Positions 1 through 10,654 of a stretch of DNA of 64,000 nt are shown one piece after another. Source of the DNA: an uncultured virus (IMG/VR IMGVR_UViG_3300046675_000098). Taxonomy: Duplodnaviria > Heunggongvirae > Uroviricota > Caudoviricetes. Both the position numbers and the translations under genes were made by a program. How positions within the stretch are numbered: position 1 is the stretch's first letter; each line of letters opens with the position of its first letter. Under the pieces are notes generated by a model. The model saw only the letters and a list, made by a program, of their open reading frames with translations, had not been told where the DNA came from and made no database searches. The stretch is taken from the IMG/VR virus record IMGVR_UViG_3300046675_000098; one strand, given 5' to 3'.

Positions 1-43
1 AGACGGGTTCCTACCGTCTGCATGCGCTGCGGTGGCCAAGGCA

Positions 44-421
44 TCAGTCGTTGACGACGGCGCGGTTGGGGCGCCGCTTGAGACCTTCGCTCTCCCGCTC
101 GAAGCCGTAGCCGGTGCCGAAGGCCTGTGAGCCGTGGACGAACTCGCCCAGCATGCTCGGTGCCTCGATCCAGGTGGACGAGCCCATGTGGGCGCGCTCC
201 CGCATCGTCTCGGCCTGGCCCTTCCAGCACGTGACCGGCCGCTCGTTGGCGGTGTCGGCGTAGGCGCCACGGCGGAAGTCGTTGGGCACGTCAGTGTCAG
301 TGGCGATTCCCTCCTCGAAACGAAGGGGACCACGACGCCGATCGTTGCTGGCGATGTCGTGTTCGTACTGGGCTCCTCGGAACTTCTCGGGGCCGAGGGA
401 CGGGACCGGTGCGATGCCCAT
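44..421 (-). CDS. Hypothetical phage protein downstream of terminase
   Basis: 125-aa ORF with GGAGG RBS, co-oriented with terminase; no recognised domain. Confidence 0.7.
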   Translation of the reverse strand: MGIAPVPSLGPEKFRGAQYEHDIASNDRRRGPLRFEEGIATDTDVPNDFRRGAYADTANERPVTCWKGQAETMRERAHMGSSTWIEAPSMLGEFVHGSQAFGTGYGFERESEGLKRRPNRAVVND

Positions 422-467
422 GGGTGACCTCCGTGGGGTCGGTTGGCGGGATCATACGCCTGTTGGC

Positions 468-2084
468 TCAGCGAGACGCGAAGAACGGGCTCTCGCTCAC
501 TTCGACCGAGTCCTCGACCTCGGTCATGGACGCCGCACAGGCTAGGGCCAGGGAGTCAACGAAATCGTCATGGGCCTCCACCTCGTCTGGTGCCTCAACG
601 AGCATTTGCCCTGCTCGGAACACCTTGATGACGTCCGACATCTGTTGACGGAACCGGCGCCAGACACGAGTGCGGCGGGCCTTGGAGTGCCCCGGGTACA
701 CCATCAAGCGCCGGTCGATCAACGTCTGGAGGTTCTTCCACCGGGTACCCTGCGCCTTGGTGTCGGACCCCATGGGGATGACGACACAACGAGAGCCCAG
801 AAGCAGTTGGAGCCGTTCTGCGATGGCGGTACCCATGGCCTGTGCATCGACGGCGACGTAAGCGAGCCGGTAGTTGTCCAGGAAGTCAGCGATGGCGAAG
901 TACTGCTCCTCCCAGGGCTGGTTGTGTAGCTCCAGCCAGTCCAGGACTCGGTGCTCTCGGAAGCCAAACGGATCAGGGTAGTCCCAGTCCACCCAGCACA
1001 CGGTGACCACTGTTGAGTCACGAAGGCGGGCCGGGTCCACCCCGGCCACACATGCGCTCTTGTACCAGGAGCGCACCAGGGGCATGCTGGTGTCCATGAG
1101 TGAGTCCATGACCTCGTCGGTGACGAACTGACCTCGCTCCAGCAACCACTTGATGGCGTAGCTCATCTGGAACTCGTCGCTGTCCTCGCCCAGACGACGC
1201 TTCTCCTTGGAGATGTACTTCGCATAGAGGGGGTTGTACTTGGAGACGATCTTGTAGTCGTACTCGTAGTGGTTGTGCCGACGCATCCGGCTTGTGGCTC
1301 GACGCTTGTTGAGTTGAATCGCCCGGTAGAAGTCACCCTTCACGCGGCTCGGGGTGCCGATCTTGACCATGGTCCCCGCCGTGGCTGCCATCATGGGGTG
1401 CACCGACTTACGCACGACATCGGCGTCAGCATCCTGAGCTTCGTCTATGACGATGACGTGGTAGGTCTTACCCTCGATCTTGGCCTTCGGGTTGCACGTC
1501 TGTCGTCGGGCGAGGCTCCCGTTCTTCAGCCGGATGACCTTCCCCTTCCCCTTCACCTCGTCATCGATCTCGGGGTCCATCAGGAACTCAGTGGCGAAGT
1601 CACTCGTGAGCCGGTCCACGATGCGCCCATGCAGGGTTTCCGACTGGTCTTCGGTGGGCGCGAAGCACCCCACCCAGAGCCCCTTCTTGAACCGGGACAA
1701 CATGTCGAAGCTCAACGCCAGCTTTGGTAACAGCACCATGAGACCGGCGAAGGTGTTGGCCAGGGTCTCGGTCTTGCCCGCCTGACGACTGATGAGCGCC
1801 GTCAGTTCCTCGGCGTCGTTGAGGAGGATCGACTCGATGATGCGGTAGCTGACCTCGCGCTGGTACGGGTAGAAGGGGACCTCGCAGAACTCCTCGATGA
1901 AGAGGATGCACCGCTTGACGAGGTTGTCGATGAACTCGGCCGTTGACTCATCAAGCTCGATCTGATCGGCAGGGTCCTCGTCTAGAACCGCCTCGTCGTC
2001 CTCGTCGTAGACCGGCTCGTCCTGGGCCTGAAAGGCATCAGGCAGGCGCTCGATCAGATCAGTCACCACATCATGGTGGCACAA
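468..2084 (-). CDS. terL: Terminase large subunit
   Basis: PYQ Q-motif, Walker A SRQAGKT, Walker B VIVIDEAQ, coupling motif GTP, RNase H-like nuclease (GVDPA...HDDFVDS); exact start uncertain. Confidence 0.93.
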   Translation of the reverse strand: MCHHDVVTDLIERLPDAFQAQDEPVYDEDDEAVLDEDPADQIELDESTAEFIDNLVKRCILFIEEFCEVPFYPYQREVSYRIIESILLNDAEELTALISRQAGKTETLANTFAGLMVLLPKLALSFDMLSRFKKGLWVGCFAPTEDQSETLHGRIVDRLTSDFATEFLMDPEIDDEVKGKGKVIRLKNGSLARRQTCNPKAKIEGKTYHVIVIDEAQDADADVVRKSVHPMMAATAGTMVKIGTPSRVKGDFYRAIQLNKRRATSRMRRHNHYEYDYKIVSKYNPLYAKYISKEKRRLGEDSDEFQMSYAIKWLLERGQFVTDEVMDSLMDTSMPLVRSWYKSACVAGVDPARLRDSTVVTVCWVDWDYPDPFGFREHRVLDWLELHNQPWEEQYFAIADFLDNYRLAYVAVDAQAMGTAIAERLQLLLGSRCVVIPMGSDTKAQGTRWKNLQTLIDRRLMVYPGHSKARRTRVWRRFRQQMSDVIKVFRAGQMLVEAPDEVEAHDDFVDSLALACAASMTEVEDSVEVSESPFFASR

Positions 2085-2090
2085 CAGGTA

Positions 2091-2833
2091 CTAGACGGTG
2101 TATCTCCTCACCGTCTCATCGAACAGCGCGTTGCCCTTGCCGCGCCAGACCCTCTGGCTACTACGCAGGCCACCGGCTGCCGGACGCACGTCTATCCAGA
2201 CCCGTACCTCGTCCCGGAACAGCCCCCGCCACAAGTCGATGTGCAGGTCCCCGAGAACCAGACTGCGATCCGGCTCACTCCCAGCCATCTTCTCCTCGGT
2301 GCCTGCGGATGGTCTCCCACGCCCGCACGAACGTCACGAAGCCCCACCCCAGGGCCACCATGATCGTCCACAGCATGGCCACGATGGCGATGGCCTTGGG
2401 CCAGCCACCGATGGGTGAGACCGGCGCCTTGGAGTTGTTGAGGCTCTGCGCGAAGAGATGGATCACTTGATGACCTCGATCGCTTGCCACGACAGCAGCA
2501 TCGTGGGCTTGGGGAAGTGCCCGTCAGCATCAACGGGATGGATGATGCTGACAGCGTCCATACTGACCATCACGTTGTCGCACACGTACACGGTGCCGTC
2601 CACAATGACCTTCACCGGCCCGGGTCCTCCTCGTAGTCACCGATGTGACTACGGACCTCAGCCATCTCCTGGGTGATGTCCATGCCCTTGGGCCAGATCA
2701 TCGCCCACAGCTTCTCGTAGAGGCGGAACGTGAGCGGGCTGAAACGCACCGGGGCGCAGTGGATGGCGGCGTTCATCTTGTCGGCGTGGTAGTTCTGCTC
2801 GAAACACCACAGCAGCACCTCATGTACGTCCAT
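2091..2833 (-). other. Cluster of small hypothetical ORFs (2091-2288, 2275-2490 membrane, 2612-2833)
   Basis: Tightly packed co-oriented short ORFs; 2275-2490 has one hydrophobic helix. Confidence 0.5.
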
Positions 2834-2834
2834 G

Positions 2835-2908
2835 TCGGGGTGACAGGACTTGAACCTGCGACCTCTGGTCCCCCAGACCAGCGCGCTAACCAACTGCGCC
2901 ACACCCCG
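2835..2908 (-). tRNA. tRNA-Pro (anticodon GGG)
   Basis: Minus strand CGGGGTG-TGGCGCAGTTGGTTAGCGC-G-CTGGT-CTGGGGG-ACCAG-AGGTC-GCAGG-TTCAAGT-CCTGT-CACCCCG-A folds as a full cloverleaf; CCA not encoded. Confidence 0.95.
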
Positions 2909-2965
2909 GCGAGAAGGGGAACGATCACGCTGTGACCCGGAACGCCCCCCAACTCGACGCTGAAC

Positions 2966-3355
2966 CTAGCTCTTGAAGACACCTTGGGCGACGAAGGACG
3001 TCACCACCGGATCATCGATCGGACCCTGCTTCACGGTGCCGGAGCACTCGTAGGTGGCACTGGGTACGAGGGGCGCCTTGAAGAAGCCGTCCACCTGCGT
3101 GCCGTTGAAGAAGATCTGGAGCGAGTAGGGCTGGAACTTGGAGCCGTCCGGCAGGAACACCGGGCCGCTCCCGTTGCCCTGCACCGTGAACGAGGTGAAG
3201 AAGTTCCCCAGCCCCGGCTGCAAGGGCGTGCAGGTCACGAACGGGAACACGATGGCCTTCTGGCTGTTGAACGGGGCCGCACCAGCCGGGAGAGCCATGC
3301 CCAAGACGGCAGCGCCCCCGACCGCTCCGGCGAGGAGCTTTCGCATGAGTGTCAT
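2966..3355 (-). CDS. Secreted hypothetical protein
   Basis: Sec-type signal peptide MRKLLAGAVGGAAVLGMALPAGA followed by a beta-rich domain with two Cys. Confidence 0.7.
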   Translation of the reverse strand: MTLMRKLLAGAVGGAAVLGMALPAGAAPFNSQKAIVFPFVTCTPLQPGLGNFFTSFTVQGNGSGPVFLPDGSKFQPYSLQIFFNGTQVDGFFKAPLVPSATYECSGTVKQGPIDDPVVTSFVAQGVFKS

Positions 3356-3375
3356 GGTGCGGGACCATAACACGG

Positions 3376-3411
3376 AAGAAGCCCCCGGCCGGGAGGGGCT
3401 AGGGGCTTCTT
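3376..3411. terminator. Intergenic hairpin, probable terminator
   Basis: AAGAAGCCCC...GGGGCTTCTT inverted repeat between genes. Confidence 0.55.
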
Positions 3412-3780
3412 GCCGGAACCTGGATGTCCATCGTGTCACCGAAGAACCACCAAGGACTCCTACTTTACCTCGGATTCGGTGTCTTTACAAGTCGCCGTCG
3501 CCGGGGTGCTGGTGGTGGGACCGTGAGGGTGCCTGCGGCCTCCCGGAAGGAGATCACCGCACGCCTGCTGACCTGGGCCTGGAGGTCATGGACGTCGTCG
3601 TCACCGTTGCCGTGAATCTGCGCCACGTGCTGGCCATGGCGGGCTTCCACGAGCCGCCACAGCCAGTCGAACGCCGCTGCGTCCAGGTTGACCTGGTAGA
3701 AGGGCTCGATCCGCTGGAGATGCTTCTTGCCCTGACCTGCTGGTATCGATGGTGGCCCGGTACCAGCAACGGGCTCCATG

Positions 3781-4290
3781 TCAGGCGGCGGTCTTCTTCG
3801 AGGCACGCTTGGACACGACCTTGGCCGGTGTCGCGGGCCGCTTGGTAGCTGCCTTGGCCGGTGCCGCCTTCTTGGCCGGAGCCTTCTTGACCGCTGGCTT
3901 CCGGACTGCTGCCTTCTTCACGGGGACAGCGGTGCCTCGATGGTTCCCCTTGCGCCGCTCGTAGGCCTCGTGCTGCTTCTGGCGGCAGAGGTTCCCGTGG
4001 CAGCCCGACTGGTAGCGGTAGATGCTGGCGTAGGGGCAGACCGACGAATCGCTGTCGGGCTCGACCGCACAGACCCCCCGCTGGCGGATGGCGATGAGTG
4101 GCAGAGGCTTCCGTCCTGGTCGCTCAGCCTCCAACATCTCGATCCGCTGCTCTAGAGAGTCGATACGGTGCCCATCGTTGAGGACGGGCTTGCGGGGTGC
4201 CGGAGCCTTGACGGGTACCGCCTTGGTCACCGCCTTGGGAGCCCGCTTTCGGGGCTCTCTCGTCTTCGTGGGTGTTGAGGTTCGGGCCAC
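3781..4290 (-). CDS. Basic protein with histone H1-like PAKK repeats and a central Cys cluster
   Basis: KKAAVRKPAVKKAPAKKAAPAKAATK tail; C..C..YRYQSGCHGNLC. Confidence 0.7.
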   Translation of the reverse strand: MARTSTPTKTREPRKRAPKAVTKAVPVKAPAPRKPVLNDGHRIDSLEQRIEMLEAERPGRKPLPLIAIRQRGVCAVEPDSDSSVCPYASIYRYQSGCHGNLCRQKQHEAYERRKGNHRGTAVPVKKAAVRKPAVKKAPAKKAAPAKAATKRPATPAKVVSKRASKKTAA

Positions 4291-4335
4291 GCTGAATCCT
4301 TTCCGTCGTGCTGTGTCATCGTACCAGTGCCCGAA

Positions 4336-4557
4336 TCAGAAGAGTCTCATCTGAGCGGTCTCAGGATGCTCCTCGAAATACCCCTGGAACAGTTCCGTGA
4401 AGGTGGTGAGCAGAAGCTCCATGGCGTCAGTGTCAGTGCTGTCAACGAACCGCAACCTGTCCACGAAGCCCATCTCATCCACCTCCACGACGTCATGGTC
4501 GAGCCCGTAGCGGCGGAAGAGCTTGTTGATCTCAGCGGCGATCTGTTGCAAGGTCAT
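4336..4557 (-). CDS. Hypothetical protein ending in QMRLF
   Basis: ATGA overlap with whiB; acidic 73 aa. Confidence 0.6.
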   Translation of the reverse strand: MTLQQIAAEINKLFRRYGLDHDVVEVDEMGFVDRLRFVDSTDTDAMELLLTTFTELFQGYFEEHPETAQMRLF

Positions 4558-4835
4558 GACGCGACGTTACCCCGTTGCTGTTCCCTACGAAGACGCTGCG
4601 CCCGTGTGCGGATGATGCTCCGTCGTTCCTTGTCACTGGCCCCACCCCACACGCCCCAGCGCTCCCGGTACCGCAGGGCGTGCTCCAGGCACTCGCCCCG
4701 CACCGGACACTTGGCACAGACTCTCTTGGGGGTGTCGGTGTCGCCGCCCCGCTCGGGGAAGAAGAGTTCTGGGTCGATCCCTCGACACGCAGCTTCAGCT
4801 TGCCAATCCAGGCTTGTCTCGTTGTTCCAGAGCAC
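4554..4835 (-). CDS. whiB: WhiB-family Fe-S transcription factor
   Basis: WQAEAAC...DPELFFP...C-xx-CPVRGEC...GVWGG signature and basic C-terminus. Confidence 0.93.
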   Translation of the reverse strand: MLWNNETSLDWQAEAACRGIDPELFFPERGGDTDTPKRVCAKCPVRGECLEHALRYRERWGVWGGASDKERRSIIRTRAQRLRREQQRGNVAS

Positions 4836-5307
4836 GCAACGCCTCCAGGGCCATCTCGGCGTGCGCGACGGCTTGGTTGATCTTGGTCGGGTCGATGATC
4901 CGGGAGTCCCGCCAGACAGACAGGTTGAAACCCGCCATCATGATCTCGACCTCGGCGTAATCGATCAGGTCGCGCAGTGGCAGCGACACGAGACGCGCAC
5001 TGACACTGACGGGGTCAGGAGGCTGGTGGCGGTTCCGACGTACCAGGCCCACGCCACGCTCCGATTTCCGCAGGGTCGAACTCCAGATTCCGAACGCCCA
5101 ACTGCTTGTACACGTCCATGTCGGGCTCAGGATTGGGGTGACACCGGCCCACCTGGATGGCCCTGTGACCGATCCTGAGCCGCACACCACTACCGAGGCG
5201 CCAGGGCTCGGCCCGCTCCCGGAACCAGGCCCGCGACACGATCTTGGATTCGTCGGTGTAGCTCTCCCACCCCACGTACACGCTACGGACGCTCTTGAGG
5301 GTCAGCA

Positions 5308-5721
5308 TCAGTACCCGCCGTCGTAGGGGCGGTAGGGGAAGGTGTTGAGCGTGTGGTTGACGTACTGGCCCTGCGAACCCGCCGACCGGAAGCCCGTCCA
5401 CACAGCCGGAGGCACGGCGTCGTAGACGTAGGGCTGGTTGCCGTTGACCCACTCCAGGATCAACTGACGGCGGCTCGGGCTGTAGCGCCCGCTCGCCACC
5501 CGGGTCGAGTTGAAGTAGTCGTCCTCCCAGTCATCGACGTCGTCAGCGAAGGTGATGACCGCTTCGTGAATCCGCCGCCGTGCACTGGTGGTATCAAGGT
5601 CCGGCCCGGTCCCCATGTCTGAGGACCGGGCCGTGGCGCCGTACCGGGGGCTGCGTTTGCGGCTCTTGGGTGCGTCACCGAAGAGCGACTGCTGTCCAGG
5701 AACCTGCCTACGCTGCGCCAT
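5308..5721 (-). CDS. KTSC-domain protein
   Basis: STRVASGRYSPSRRQLILEWVNG..YVYDAVPPAVWTGFRSAGSQGQYVN matches the KTSC pattern. Confidence 0.8.
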   Translation of the reverse strand: MAQRRQVPGQQSLFGDAPKSRKRSPRYGATARSSDMGTGPDLDTTSARRRIHEAVITFADDVDDWEDDYFNSTRVASGRYSPSRRQLILEWVNGNQPYVYDAVPPAVWTGFRSAGSQGQYVNHTLNTFPYRPYDGGY

Positions 5722-6070
5722 CCCCTTCATCCTGGCTCTCGGGCACGCCACCCGTCCAGCGGAATGTCAGGTTCTTGATGATCTCGTCACGCTGCTCGGG
5801 CCATGTGGTCAGCATCTCGATCACGGTCTTGCACCTGATCACACCCTCGATGATCTGCGGAATCAGGTCTTGGAGATCCTGCGCCGTGAAGGCCAGCGGC
5901 ACTACACACTGCCCCTCGACCCCGGCGTGATGAGCCAACTGCTCCCCTATGGCATCCACAGGGATGACAGCATTCAGTACCAGCACCGGGTCCTGGGTCT
6001 CCTCGAAGAAGGAGATGCCGAGGTTCATCCCCAGGACCCGGGGGATCATCGCAACTTCGTCGTCAGCCAT
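5708..6070 (-). CDS. Hypothetical protein
   Basis: 120-aa ORF in a co-oriented operon. Confidence 0.6.
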   Translation of the reverse strand: MADDEVAMIPRVLGMNLGISFFEETQDPVLVLNAVIPVDAIGEQLAHHAGVEGQCVVPLAFTAQDLQDLIPQIIEGVIRCKTVIEMLTTWPEQRDEIIKNLTFRWTGGVPESQDEGDGAA

Positions 6071-6091
6071 GAGGCCGGACCCTAACAGGGG

Positions 6092-6820
6092 TCAACCGCA
6101 GGCCCGCCCGGTAACCGGGTCGCCGCGAAGGACCCACGGACACCAGCCCTGGGTGTGCCATAGCTCCAGCGACTTGGCCAGATTGAGTTCCGGCTGGACC
6201 TCCTGATACACCGGCATCCAGGCGCACAACTGCATGAGGCCCATGGCGTAGTTGCGCCCGCCGCAGTGGCTCCCGGAGCGAGCCGAGGGGTTGCAGCCCG
6301 ACTCCCGGTGCATGACGTACATCACCGTCCTCATCTGGCTCTCGGGCCAGCCCACGTCGAGCGCCATCTGGTAGTACTGCGGACACTGCGCCCACGACGG
6401 CGGGTCCGGTGGCGCAGCGGGTGTCTCCGGTGGATGGCAGGAGGCGTCGTCGGTGACGCATACGCCCGCCGCTACTCGCACCGCAGGAGCAGGTGTCGGG
6501 TCAGCCGGTATGGCGTCAGCGGTCAGAGCAGCAGCAGGTGGGGCAGGTGCAGCCACCTCGGCGCTCGCAGTCGGCTCCGGTGGAGCAGGAGCCGTAGTCG
6601 TTGGCTCAACCGTCGCAGGTGGCGCTGTCGTCGGTGGAGCAGTGGTTGTGGGATCGGGTAGGGCGGTTGTTGTAGTGGTTGTCGGCACATCGGGTGCCGC
6701 AGTTGTTGGCTCATCAACCGTGGTCACCTCGGTGGATGAATGCTGGGGAAGCAGCACCGCCACGCACAAACCCAAGAGGGCTATCAAGAACGCGTAACGA
6801 TACCGCTGGGTGGATGTCAT
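6092..6820 (-). CDS. Membrane-anchored SLT-type lytic transglycosylase
   Basis: N-terminal TM helix, Pro/Thr linker, catalytic RESGCNPSA and GLMQL motifs. Confidence 0.82.
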   Translation of the reverse strand: MTSTQRYRYAFLIALLGLCVAVLLPQHSSTEVTTVDEPTTAAPDVPTTTTTTALPDPTTTAPPTTAPPATVEPTTTAPAPPEPTASAEVAAPAPPAAALTADAIPADPTPAPAVRVAAGVCVTDDASCHPPETPAAPPDPPSWAQCPQYYQMALDVGWPESQMRTVMYVMHRESGCNPSARSGSHCGGRNYAMGLMQLCAWMPVYQEVQPELNLAKSLELWHTQGWCPWVLRGDPVTGRACG

Positions 6821-7344
6821 GGAACCGTAGCATTGTAAGGTTAGCGCACGGTGTCAAGTCATGAAGGCCTGGGCAGGCGCTTCATCACCTTCGTCTTTGT
6901 TGGCTTAACACCACGCTCGACCTGCATCAGACCATGACCACGAGGATCTGGTACCCAATCGTAGGGACGGCACTTGGGGCAGTCCACGTCGCTGTACCAC
7001 ACGGTGGCGTCTTCACGAGCACAGCGGGCGCCACACTTGGCGACGACGCCCGCATGCGTCTGATCCTTCAACAGGTGCTTCACGCCTCGTCCACGTCCCA
7101 GATGGAGATGTTGAACGTCGCGTCACTGTCGCCCTCGCCCACCTCAAGGTCTTCGGGAAGCTCGATCCTGACAAGCTCCATGATCGCTTCCAAGACCTGC
7201 CCCCTGGTGGCTTGCGCCGTGCCATCCACATGTTCGACCGAGACGTTGAGCGTAAGAGTGAAGTCCATGGTCCCAGTGTAGTGGTGTTAGGGTACGGGAT
7301 GTGTTAAAGTGGGGGAATCTGGTGGAAGATGGGGAGGACGGCCT

Positions 7345-7641
7345 ATGCCCGTGAACGCTGTGGACTACACGAGATGCCGGACCTACGGCCACGCCTGGTT
7401 CGACGCCGACTCAGATTGGAAGTCAGACCGGGGAGTGCCAGTAACGCTGCGCTGTGAGCGCTGCATGATGGAGCGGAGGGAAGTATGGAGCCGGACCAGC
7501 GGACACCTGATGTATCGGACGTACATCAGACCGAGGGACTACCTGTACGCCCGGGGGGAGAGGCCATCGAAGGACGACTTCCGTCTGGCGATGCTGGCCC
7601 TGAGGCTACGGGAGGCCCGCAAGCTCAAGGCGGTCCGGTGA
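7345..7641 (+). CDS. Cys/His zinc-binding hypothetical protein
   Basis: CRTYGHAW...CERC; GGAGG RBS before ATG 7345. Confidence 0.65.
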   Translation: MPVNAVDYTRCRTYGHAWFDADSDWKSDRGVPVTLRCERCMMERREVWSRTSGHLMYRTYIRPRDYLYARGERPSKDDFRLAMLALRLREARKLKAVR

Positions 7642-8039
7642 TGCCACCCATTACCAAGCCCAAGCCCAAACCCAAGCCGTTCGTCTGTGACATCCCCGGC
7701 TGCACGTGGGGACTGGATGGTGGGCCAGCGTCCTACGCCATGCCCCAGCACCTCGGGCTGCACAAGTACCACAAGCACGGCATCAAGGGCGAGACCCGTC
7801 TCACCAGGAAGAGGGCCGGAGAACCACCCCAGCCCCGACCCATCGGCCGACCCCCCAAGAACGGGTCCCCGCCCCAACAACGCAAGATCCGCGCTCTGGA
7901 CGCCGAGGAAGTGTGCCGCATGGTGCTGGAGACGGTGAGCCCCAGTGGAACCATCCCCATCGACGCCATCGGCGCCTACAACGACTGGGTCATGGCGACG
8001 GAGGCGTTCATGCACAAGATGGTGGTGGGTCGTGCCTAG
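7641..8039 (+). CDS. C2H2-type zinc finger plus AT-hook protein
   Basis: KPFVCDIPGC...HLGLHKYHKH and RPIGRPPK. Confidence 0.6.
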   Translation: MPPITKPKPKPKPFVCDIPGCTWGLDGGPASYAMPQHLGLHKYHKHGIKGETRLTRKRAGEPPQPRPIGRPPKNGSPPQQRKIRALDAEEVCRMVLETVSPSGTIPIDAIGAYNDWVMATEAFMHKMVVGRA

Positions 8040-8217
8040 ACCACGAACCAAGGGCCGACAACCTGCCGCTGACGGCCGTGTGTACATAACACTGCGGCTC
8101 GACCCGGGTCTACTGGAACGACTGGACGGGGAGGCCGAGGCGCGCATCGTCAGCCGCACCTTCCTCGTGGAGAAAGCTGTTGACGAGTGGCTTGAGGCGC
8201 ACGAAGGTGCAGCATGA
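8032..8217 (+). CDS. Ribbon-helix-helix (CopG/Arc-like) DNA-binding protein
   Basis: VYITLRLDPGLLERLD...SRTFLVEKAVDEWL. Confidence 0.75.
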   Translation: MPRPRTKGRQPAADGRVYITLRLDPGLLERLDGEAEARIVSRTFLVEKAVDEWLEAHEGAA

Positions 8218-9521
8218 AGCTCGTCACCCAACGCTGCTCCCACTGCACCACATGCAAGGCCTCCCCGGCTCACGCCCTGTACCAGTGCGAGGCCATAATC
8301 AGCCCGCTCAGCCCGGTGGTCACCATGGAGGGCATCCGCCAGATCCAGGAGTCCCTAGCTCAGGAGACCCTGACTCAGGAGACCCTGAATCCGCACATCA
8401 CCAGGACGCGCATCGAGGAAGAGATGAAGAGGGTGAACGAGCTACAGGCCCTTGAGGGGCTGCTGCCCCGGGAACTACTGCCCCACCAACGAAGGATGCT
8501 GGAGCAGGCCTGGAACACAAACCGTGGACAACGGCTCTCAGAGCGGAACCCTCAGGAGCAGAGGGTCCCTCACCCTCAGGACATGGACCACGCGCCGAGC
8601 TTCATCAGCCCCCGGCTCACCAAGACGATCCAGACAGCCTGCAAGCAGGACGAGCGCATGGACTTCGCCTGGACCCAGATCACCGGCCGGGTCCAGTCAG
8701 GCCTGGACGACTACATCGTGCAGGGTGTCTTCGATACGTTGATTCAACTTTTCAAGATATGGGACGACGACAAGGCCCAGCGGGACGAGAGAAACCTCAA
8801 CAACATCCGTTCCCTCGGGGAGGCCGCTCGTGAAGCACTGGACGCCTTCGAGAGCGCCAAAGACCGAGAGAGCGTCCTGTACATGGTGGACACCATGGAA
8901 GAACTAGACGCCGCCCTCTACGACCTCACGCAGAAGGACACCTGATGCCCACTGACACTGACGATCCATGGCAGCACCCTGACACCAAGGCATGGCTGGA
9001 GAACACTCGCAAGAGGCTGCCACCCATGATCCGAGACTCGATGATCACCGTCTCCCTGGTACCAGATGAGGCCCGCAACTCTGACCTCAAGTTCGCCGTC
9101 GAGCTAGGGCTCAGCATCATGTTCGACAAGCCGATCCTGTGCGTTATCAAGCCTGGCATGCAGGTCCCTGAACACTTGGTGCGGGTAGCCGACCTGATCG
9201 TGGAGTGCGACTTGAACAACCCTCGGGACCGAGAGCGCCTGGGAGAGGCCATCGCCAAGTTCGCGAAACAGTACGGCGAACCCAACGATGACGTGGCCTG
9301 AGTGGATGACTCAACTGGAGGTTGACCGCATGCACACGATCCGGCTACGCCGACGCTGGTGGCGGCGGATCAACCTGGAGTGCATCGAGTGCAACGAGTG
9401 CCTGGCCAGTGGGCGCTCAGGGGAACCCTGGCTGACACCAGCCAAGCTGTGGGGCTACGAGCAGATGCACAAGGGTCGAAAGACTCAGGGTCCACCGATT
9501 CCGAATCAGGTACAATCCTGA
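8214..9521 (+). other. Three hypothetical CDS (8214-8945, 8945-9301, 9288-9521)
   Basis: Overlapping start/stop junctions and GC-rich third positions. Confidence 0.6.
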
Positions 9522-9522
9522 C

Positions 9523-10641
9523 ATGACCGCAGGAGGGAAGACCGGTGGCATGGAGGTCACCTACGCCCTACGAGGCGACAAGCTCGTGATCCTGGCCGCA
9601 GACGGCAGTGAGGTCGAGGTGGACAGAGACCGAGTAGCGGAAACACTCGCCACCCGAGAAGCCATCATCAACAGCATCCCCATCGAGATCCGGCCTCAGA
9701 TGGTGCCCGAGCACCGGCTGGACATGGCCCGCACAGCGCTCATCATGAGCCAGTCAGAGTTCTTCGCCAGCAACCCCGACATGGCCCCATACTCCATGGA
9801 GTGGATGCTGGGCGAGATCATGTACGGCGACCTGTACTGGGTCAGCCCCGACATGTGCTCGTTGCTACAACACGCCGCACCGTCACTGCCGCCGACCACG
9901 CTCACGCCCGACCTGCTGCCATCGAAGTCCGGCGTGCTGTTCTTCGCCACGCCGCTCGTGGGGATTGACGCCCGAGCGGACTTCGACCGCATCCTCGTGC
10001 AGGCCATGGTGTGGGGGCCGTCCAAGTACGACATCGAGAAGGGCACCCGAGCCGACGTTCACCACACGTCTCCCGCACACGAACGAGACGTCGCTGTCTA
10101 CACGGTTCCCAGCGACTCCCCAGCGCTCCAGGAGTACGAGCGCTTCACAGGTGACGGCATCTCCATCGCCACCTGGCGCAAGTGGACCATGTGGAGCCCG
10201 CTGGGCCGCACCGACTGGCCCTTCGGCTTCGACACCGAGGGGGAGTTCGCGCCGCCCGACTTCACCGACACGCAGTTGGCCTCCATCATCGAGGACCGCC
10301 GCATCCTGGCTGCCTTCGCCCTGTTGAGTGCACAGGAGAAGATCACCACCACGACCGAGGTGAACCCACCCAACGCCGTACGGAAGCGCCTGACCCGAGC
10401 AGGCCACAAGGTGCCCAAGGTGCGCCTGGTGGACATCCACAAGAGCCACAAGCCGTCGAGTCAGGCCAAGGGTGAGAGGCACGTCGAGTGGACCCACCGT
10501 TGGATCGTCAAGGGTCACTGGCGCCAGCAGGCCTATGGCCCCAAGCGCCAGTTTCGGCGCCCCGTGTACATCTCCAGCCACATCAAGGGACCCGACGACC
10601 TGCCTCTGATTGAACAGGACGTCGTCAAGGTCTGGAAGTAG
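9523..10641 (+). CDS. Conserved-type phage hypothetical protein (HRWIVKGHWRQQAYG C-terminus)
   Basis: 372 aa; TACAAT -10 six nt before ATG (leaderless). Confidence 0.75.
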   Translation: MTAGGKTGGMEVTYALRGDKLVILAADGSEVEVDRDRVAETLATREAIINSIPIEIRPQMVPEHRLDMARTALIMSQSEFFASNPDMAPYSMEWMLGEIMYGDLYWVSPDMCSLLQHAAPSLPPTTLTPDLLPSKSGVLFFATPLVGIDARADFDRILVQAMVWGPSKYDIEKGTRADVHHTSPAHERDVAVYTVPSDSPALQEYERFTGDGISIATWRKWTMWSPLGRTDWPFGFDTEGEFAPPDFTDTQLASIIEDRRILAAFALLSAQEKITTTTEVNPPNAVRKRLTRAGHKVPKVRLVDIHKSHKPSSQAKGERHVEWTHRWIVKGHWRQQAYGPKRQFRRPVYISSHIKGPDDLPLIEQDVVKVWK

Positions 10642-10654
10642 GGTCTCCCGCCTG

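Noticed and set aside
2612..2902. 96-aa ORF as given in the track
   Set aside because: Its 5' part is the tRNA-Pro gene. The plausible CDS starts at 2833.
6831..6858. Canonical sigma-70 promoter (TTGACA...TACAAT) upstream of the transglycosylase gene
   Set aside because: The spacer is only 14 nt, so it cannot be called as a canonical promoter.
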